DNA of 63,240 nt from positions 1 to 63,240 of the forward strand of contig JAWODC010000060.1 in the NCBI GenBank assembly GCA_046483495.1, read 5' to 3'. The DNA is from Desulfobacterales bacterium. Lineage in GTDB: Bacteria; Desulfobacterota; Desulfobacteria; Desulfobacterales; UBA5616. This document shows positions 57,868-63,240 of this stretch, piece by piece. A program made the position numbers and the translations under genes. Numbering within the stretch: the stretch's first letter is position 1; the number at the start of each line of letters is the position of its first letter. Below the pieces are notes generated by a model, which was given only the letters and a program-made list of their open reading frames with translations, had not been told where the DNA came from and ran no database searches.

Positions 57868-58299
57868 TCATGGGGTGTGACTTGCCTCTCGATCCAAATC
57901 CCGGCTCGTTATGACTTTTCGAACGCATTCACGAATCACATGATCGGGATAATTCGTACGAATGCCCGGGCACACCCCCGCCATGATGTGCCAGTTTTCA
58001 ATGTCGATCACGACCGATTCGATGAAGGGCCAGGCCTTGCACATCTCGGGTTTTACCGGGTGAATCGTGCAGACTTCATCCCAGAAAACACAAAACCCGT
58101 TTTCCTGAACGGCAATAACCGGCCGCCCGCCGGACATCTGGCAGTACCTTGCCATAAATTCATCCGCACTCACCCGAATATAGTCCGAAATGGCCAGGAT
58201 ATCCTCCCGGGATACATAGGTGCCGCCGTATCCCCGACAGCAATCGCCGCATTTCTGACACACGAAAAGGTCTTTCGGAGAGACGGATTTAAACGGCAT
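57868..58299 (-). CDS. YkgJ-family cysteine cluster protein
   Basis: CQKCGDCC, CVFW...CTIHPVKPEMCKAWPF, CPG. Confidence 0.9.
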   Translation of the reverse strand: MPFKSVSPKDLFVCQKCGDCCRGYGGTYVSREDILAISDYIRVSADEFMARYCQMSGGRPVIAVQENGFCVFWDEVCTIHPVKPEMCKAWPFIESVVIDIENWHIMAGVCPGIRTNYPDHVIRECVRKVITSRDLDREASHTP

Positions 58300-58897
58300 A
58301 CCGTCCCTCCACGGCCCTTTTCAACGTAACTTCATCCACATACTTCAAGTCACCGCCCATAGGTACGCCGGTGGCAATCCTCGTCACTTTTACCGGAAGG
58401 CCCTTCAATTTTTCGGCAATGAACGCGGCGGTGGCCTCCCCTTCCACACTGGTGCTTGTCGCAAGAATAATCTCTTCGACGGCTTCATCGGCTATCCGGG
58501 CCATCAGTTCACGGATTCGTATATTTTCCGGGCCGACACCGTCGATCGGGGACAAAACCCCCTGCAGGATATGAAATTTTCCTCTGTAAGCCCCTGATTT
58601 TTCGACAGCTACCATATCCGCGGGATGTTCCACCACACACAGAATGCCGGCGATTCGGGACGCGTCTCGACAAATATGGCACACCTCCTGATCGCTTAAG
58701 CCAAAACACCTGGAGCAAAACCGGATCTTTTCCTTTACTTCCAGAATGCTTCCAGCCAACTGCTCCGCATCCAAAGTCGAAGAGCGGAGAATGTGCAACG
58801 CCAGACGTTCGGCTGTTTTTTTTCCGATTCCGGGCAGTTTGGAAATCCGGTCGATCAATTTTACAATGGGGGTCGGATAATAATGCATGTGCCTCAA
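58289..58897 (-). CDS. recR: Recombination mediator RecR
   Basis: LPGIGKKTAERLA, C4 zinc finger, Toprim (EIILAT...EGEATA). Confidence 0.96.
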   Translation of the reverse strand: MRHMHYYPTPIVKLIDRISKLPGIGKKTAERLALHILRSSTLDAEQLAGSILEVKEKIRFCSRCFGLSDQEVCHICRDASRIAGILCVVEHPADMVAVEKSGAYRGKFHILQGVLSPIDGVGPENIRIRELMARIADEAVEEIILATSTSVEGEATAAFIAEKLKGLPVKVTRIATGVPMGGDLKYVDEVTLKRAVEGRYAV

Positions 58898-59045
58898 TGC
58901 CTTTTTACAATATACCGGAGCTTAATCTCTCGAATGCCGCGATAAAAGCCAAAAGTCTTTTTGCAAGACCGGCGATGCCGTAAAGGCGGCGAAAACGCTG
59001 TTTCGGGCCGAACACCGAAATGGAAATGAACCGGATGTTGCGGTA

Positions 59046-59357
59046 TCAAGCAAGACCCGGAATATTTAATCCGCCGGTCAGTTTGTTCATCTCCGTTGTC
59101 ACCATTTCCTGTGATTTGGCCAGTGCTTCATTGACAGCGGCGGTGATCAGATCCTGCAGCATTTCCACGTCATCCGGATCCACCACTTCCTTTTCTATCT
59201 CAATGGAAACGATCTGCTGTTTGCCGTCGGCTACAACCTTCACCATTCCGCCGCCTGCACTCGCTTCGACGGTTTTCGACCCCAGTTCCTCCTGGAGCTT
59301 CATCATCTTCGATTGCAGCTTTTGAGCCTGCTTCATCATGTTTCCCATTTTTTTCAT
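59046..59357 (-). CDS. ybaB: YbaB/EbfC nucleoid-associated protein
   Basis: [36 protein letters not shown] before 59357. Confidence 0.95.
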   Translation of the reverse strand: MKKMGNMMKQAQKLQSKMMKLQEELGSKTVEASAGGGMVKVVADGKQQIVSIEIEKEVVDPDDVEMLQDLITAAVNEALAKSQEMVTTEMNKLTGGLNIPGLA

Positions 59358-59395
59358 GTTATGCCTCCATGAACGGGGGCGCCCGTTCGTTTGGA

Positions 59396-61102
59396 TCACG
59401 TGTCCTGTATCAATTCGATGTCGAGAATCCGGCCGTTGAAAATCGCCAGTGCATCCGATGTCAATGGGTGATTCAGCGCTTCCTGCTTTAAATGATTTTC
59501 AGCGGCGTTTTTTTCCTTGAAGGAACCGGGCTTTTTTCCCCTGTGAATGATCAGCTTCATTTTTTTTTTTAAAACAGCATCGCAAATTTCCTGCAATAGA
59601 GCCAATGATTTTTCGCGTTTCACCATATTCAGGTTAAATGCACTGCCGTTGACATCAATCTCGATGGTGTCTTCGGACATCCGGCGAACTCCTGCCTCCG
59701 CAAGATTCGCCGCCAGCGCCGGGGAATTTTCCGTGATGCCTCGGACTACACGTTCCCATGCTTTGGCCGGTTCTCGAACGATTTCATCATCCGGAGTAAT
59801 TTCATCGTTGGATGATGGACCCGCAGTCGCCGGCAGCGCATGTTCCACGGTACCCGGCGGCGGATTCGATGGTTCGGCAGCCGTTTTCAAATGGGCTGTG
59901 CGTCCGGTGGATGAAGGTTTCGGCGGTTGTCTATTACCTGTATTATCGAATTGCCCGGCCAATTCATCGATTTTTTGGATCAGCGCATCGATCGGAAGCG
60001 CAGGCTTGACCTGCATCAACTTGATAAATGCCAGTTCCAGAGCGATTTTCGGATGATCCGAATACCGGATGGAGGGTTCTGCATTCAATAAAAAATCCAG
60101 CACCTGATTCAGGTGGGTCAACGGAACCGTTTTAATCTGCTCGCGAATCCGGTTAATTTCATATGCAGGCAGGTCCACGATTTTTTCAGCCTGTGTTGCC
60201 ATTTTGATGACCGCCATGTTTCGAAAATGGGCAAGTATGTCTGAGAAAAGCTTTTTTACATCGTGGCCCCGATCATACAGCCGATCCAGAATTTCCAAGA
60301 TAGCCGGAATTTTTCCTTTCAATACGGCATCGGATATATCGATCAACCGGTGTCTGTCGACAATGCCGAGCGCATCGACCAGTTGGCTGTAGGAAATGTT
60401 CCCTTCAAAGCAGGATATCACCTGGTCCAGGAGACTCAGTGCATCCCGCAGACTCCCACCGGCTTCCCGCGCAACCGCAACAAGGCTTTCCCTGTCGATG
60501 TGAATCGCCTCTTTCCGACATAGTTCTTCGAGGTGACCGATTATGGAATCGATGTCGATCCGTCTGAAATCGTGGCGCTGACATCGGGATAAAATGGTCA
60601 AAGGTATCTTTTGCGGTTCGGTGGTGGCGAAAAGAAAAATAACATGGGACGGCGGTTCTTCCAGTGTTTTCAACAGTGCGTTGAAGGCCGCGGTGCTGAG
60701 CATGTGAACTTCGTCGATGATATAGATCTTGTACCGGCTGTGCGAAGGCATGTACTTGATATTTTCCCGCAATTCCCGAACCTGGTCGACGCTGTTGTTG
60801 GATGCACCGTCTATTTCGAACACATCTACAGCATTGCCGCGGGTGATTTCCACACAGGACCGGCAGGTGTTGCAGGGCATTTTTGCAGGCCCGTTTTCGC
60901 AGTTCACGGCCTTGGCCAGTATTCTGGCAACAGTGGTTTTTCCGGTTCCCCGGGGTCCCGAGAACAAAACCGCATGAGGCACACGGTTCATAGCGATGGC
61001 ATTGGACAATGTCCGGGTGACATGGTGTTGGCCCACCACCTCTTCAAAGGTCTGTGGGCGATATTTTCGGGCAAGCACGAGATACGGCATAGGCTGATTC
61101 AT
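59396..61102 (-). CDS. dnaX: DNA polymerase III subunit gamma/tau
   Basis: [45 protein letters not shown]. Confidence 0.97.
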   Translation of the reverse strand: MNQPMPYLVLARKYRPQTFEEVVGQHHVTRTLSNAIAMNRVPHAVLFSGPRGTGKTTVARILAKAVNCENGPAKMPCNTCRSCVEITRGNAVDVFEIDGASNNSVDQVRELRENIKYMPSHSRYKIYIIDEVHMLSTAAFNALLKTLEEPPSHVIFLFATTEPQKIPLTILSRCQRHDFRRIDIDSIIGHLEELCRKEAIHIDRESLVAVAREAGGSLRDALSLLDQVISCFEGNISYSQLVDALGIVDRHRLIDISDAVLKGKIPAILEILDRLYDRGHDVKKLFSDILAHFRNMAVIKMATQAEKIVDLPAYEINRIREQIKTVPLTHLNQVLDFLLNAEPSIRYSDHPKIALELAFIKLMQVKPALPIDALIQKIDELAGQFDNTGNRQPPKPSSTGRTAHLKTAAEPSNPPPGTVEHALPATAGPSSNDEITPDDEIVREPAKAWERVVRGITENSPALAANLAEAGVRRMSEDTIEIDVNGSAFNLNMVKREKSLALLQEICDAVLKKKMKLIIHRGKKPGSFKEKNAAENHLKQEALNHPLTSDALAIFNGRILDIELIQDT

Positions 61103-61164
61103 AGCATCTGTTTATCTGTTTTCACGGAATAAAACTACAGGATGGACCCGTCAAACCGAAAGGA

Positions 61165-61258
61165 TGGCGGAGAGAGAGGGATTCGAACCCTCGGTGCAGC
61201 TATAAACTGCACACACGATTTCCAGTCGTGCACCTTCAGCCAACTCGGTCATCTCTCC
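61165..61258 (-). tRNA. tRNA-Ser(GGA)
   Basis: GGAGAGA acceptor stem, anticodon arm CACGA-CTGGAAA-TCGTG, long variable arm, GGTTCGAATCC, encoded CCA. Confidence 0.96.
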
Positions 61259-61325
61259 GCGTGATTAGAAGCGGTATCTTTGTGTATGGTTTGTCATCAG
61301 CGCATATATGCATGCTCGATAAACA

Positions 61326-61354
61326 TGGCGGAGAGAGTGGGATTCGAACCCACG
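61326..61354 (-). mobile_element. Orphan 3' end of a tRNA-Ser-like gene; probable att site of an integrated element extending rightwards
   Basis: CGTGGGTTCGAATCCCACTCTCTCCGCCA (T-arm, acceptor 3' strand, CCA) with no anticodon or D-arm. Abrupt switch to AT-rich DNA after 61354. Confidence 0.78.
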
Positions 61355-61476
61355 ATCATCCACGCAAAGTCTTTAATTAACTTGAAATTTTAACTTTAAA
61401 AAATTCTGTTCAGCTTTCGTTCATCAAAACGATAGGGTTTTATTTCACACTTCAGAAAAGGAATCAAGGCTTTTCA

Positions 61477-61872
61477 TCATGAATAAATATTCAATGCACA
61501 TACATCGGCAATTTTGTCAAAGTCGGCATCATTGTGAAGCAGATAGAGGTCATGTTCAATAACCGTCTGGGCAATAATACAATCGGCAGTCTTTCGAATG
61601 GTAATCCCCTGGCGTCGACAAGCCCTGTATATCTGGGCCGCCCGGACATAAGGATCAGGTCCGGATAATCCATAAATCGGAAAATTCAGAAGTTGGCGGC
61701 GAGCATTTAAAAAATGATTTTCATTCCTGAATCCCTGCAGGACTTCAGTCAAAATATACTCCGACAAGCAGACATCTTCCTCTTCTGAAATAAGGCTTTC
61801 AAGCAAGCTCACTTGTCGAGTTTCATTTCCGTTAAAGAAATCAATCCAAACGGACGTATCAATCAGTATCAT
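61477..61872 (-). CDS. vapC: VapC PIN-domain toxin
   Basis: ILIDTSVWIDF, EVLQG, DCIIA, LLHNDADF. Confidence 0.93.
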   Translation of the reverse strand: MILIDTSVWIDFFNGNETRQVSLLESLISEEEDVCLSEYILTEVLQGFRNENHFLNARRQLLNFPIYGLSGPDPYVRAAQIYRACRRQGITIRKTADCIIAQTVIEHDLYLLHNDADFDKIADVCALNIYS

Positions 61873-62068
61873 GAAAGCGTTGTCCTCTCATTTCTTCAAG
61901 ATCACCATCCCACTTCAACTTACCTTTTAGTTTTAAGATTTCTTTCCTTTTTCTTCGGCTGATCAGATCCCGCAATGCGAAATCAACAAGCTTTGTTTTT
62001 GTTTTGAGGCCTGTATACCTCATCCCCTCTTTAATTAGTTTGTCATCAATAATAATGTTAGTTCGCAT
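61859..62068 (-). CDS. vapB: VapB-family antitoxin
   Basis: MRTNIIIDDKLI...KTKLVDFAL...W.GDL..MR. Overlaps vapC; GGAGG RBS. Confidence 0.9.
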   Translation of the reverse strand: MRTNIIIDDKLIKEGMRYTGLKTKTKLVDFALRDLISRRKRKEILKLKGKLKWDGDLEEMRGQRFHDTD

Positions 62069-62082
62069 AGTTATACCTCCAA

Positions 62083-62117
62083 ATACACCTTTTACCATCC
62101 AACAACGTGTATGTCAA
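62083..62117 (-). promoter_or_regulatory. Putative sigma70 promoter and operator of vapBC
   Basis: TTGACA (62117-62112), 17-bp spacer, TAAAAG (62094-62089). Overlapped by the inverted repeat ATACAC-N18-GTGTAT. Confidence 0.55.
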
Positions 62118-62286
62118 GATGTAGCCAAAAAGCAACTGAATTTATTTGGGCCTTATTTAGTTACGAAGTTTCCAAATATCTTTCCAGGGCCTTGTCCACA
62201 TTTTTCAATTAAAAGTACGCTTCATTTTGAAGAACCTGTTTTAATACTCCATATCCCTCCTCGAATTAATCTCAGTTTGAATCCGG

Positions 62287-63240
62287 CGGTTCATCCCCAC
62301 GGATGTGGGGAACTCTTTCTGCAGGCCCGGCACTACCAGTGCTGCAGCGGTTCATCCCCACGGATGTGGGGAACTCCACTTGGCACTCGTATAAATTGTA
62401 ATACAGGACGGTTCATCCCCACGGATGTGGGGAACTCTTGACGATGGACTGGATGTTGTAGGATATCGCCGGTTCATCCCCACGGATGTGGGGAACTCTT
62501 GTATAATGCAATAGGAATCGTTTGATGCTTCGGTTCATCCCCACGGATGTGGGGAACTCTGGTAGAAGCAAATTATACAGCTCAATCTAAACGGTTCATC
62601 CCCACGGATGTGGGGAACTCTGGGCCTGCTCCATCTGTAACTGTTCGGGACTCGGTTCATCCCCACGGATGTGGGGAACTCATAATATCGCCGGAGAAAA
62701 AGACACAGAGACGCGGTTCATCCCCACGGATGTGGGGAACTCTTCTGGACGCCCTCGTATTCAATGATATTGTCCGGTTCATCCCCACGGATGTGGGGAA
62801 CTCGCGCGATACGCCTCTCCTCATCAGGCCGGATCCGGTTCATCCCCACGGATGTGGGGAACTCTTTTCTTGTCCGGCGATTCTTTAGCCATACGGCGGT
62901 TCATCCCCACGGATGTGGGGAACTCCTAAGTATTCCCCGTTCCATGTCTTGTAAAATCGGTTCATCCCCACGGATGTGGGGAACTCTCGATGCCGATGTC
63001 TTCTTTTTTGAGGGCGCTCGGTTCATCCCCACGGATGTGGGGAACTCGATAATTTGATCATCCACCTTGTTTGCGGTCACCGGTTCATCCCCACGGATGT
63101 GGGGAACTCAAGTGGTCCACCAGCCGGTCCACCAGCCATTTCGGTTCATCCCCACGGATGTGGGGAACTCCGCCGTTCTTCCGCCCGATCATGGACTGTC
63201 TGCGGTTCATCCCCACGGATGTGGGGAACTCAGGGATTAG
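62287..63240 (-). CRISPR. CRISPR array with type I-E-like repeat; 16 repeats and 15 complete spacers visible, continues beyond the window
   Basis: Identical 29-bp repeat CGGTTCATCCCCACGGATGTGGGGAACTC at a 61-bp period (one 62). The reverse complement GAGTTCCCC...GGGGATGAACCG resembles the E. coli I-E repeat, so the leader is probably to the right. Confidence 0.98.

Noticed and set aside
61103..61164. SRP RNA (ffs) upstream of dnaX
   Set aside because: The gap is only ~60 bp and no SRP core motif was seen.
61326..61354. Second complete tRNA
   Set aside because: Only the T-arm and acceptor 3' strand are present.
62004..63057. Plus-strand ORFs across the CRISPR array
   Set aside because: Translations of the repeats (GSSPRMWGT, RFIPTDVGN, VHPHGCGE), not genes.

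Overview
Bacterial chromosomal window. Gene content and order suggest a Desulfobacterales-like deltaproteobacterium (inference). The left half (210-33525, all minus strand) encodes a giant ~7,900-aa LEPR-XLL/RTX-repeat protein that appears cut off at ~nt 214 by unrelated sequence. Upstream of it lies a compact putative export cluster: DUF3467 protein, GAF-HlyD adaptor, PqqD-like/M50 peptidase/HlyD fusion, C-terminally shortened SecA-like ATPase, small HlyD/RND adaptor and TolC. The cluster has no ABC or RND pump and is the best candidate here for an undescribed secretion system. The middle is housekeeping: Yej/Opp-type ABC importer, rplM-rpsI, ruvCAB, tol-pal-cpoB, sdhCAB, murI, recR-ybaB-dnaX and tRNA-Ser(GGA). 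Several palindromic ERIC-like repeats are scattered in the intergenic spaces. At the right end, a duplicated tRNA-Ser 3' fragment (att-like) borders an AT-rich segment with vapBC and a type I-E-like CRISPR array (16 repeats visible) that runs off the window edge. All calls come from motif recognition by eye; no searches were run.
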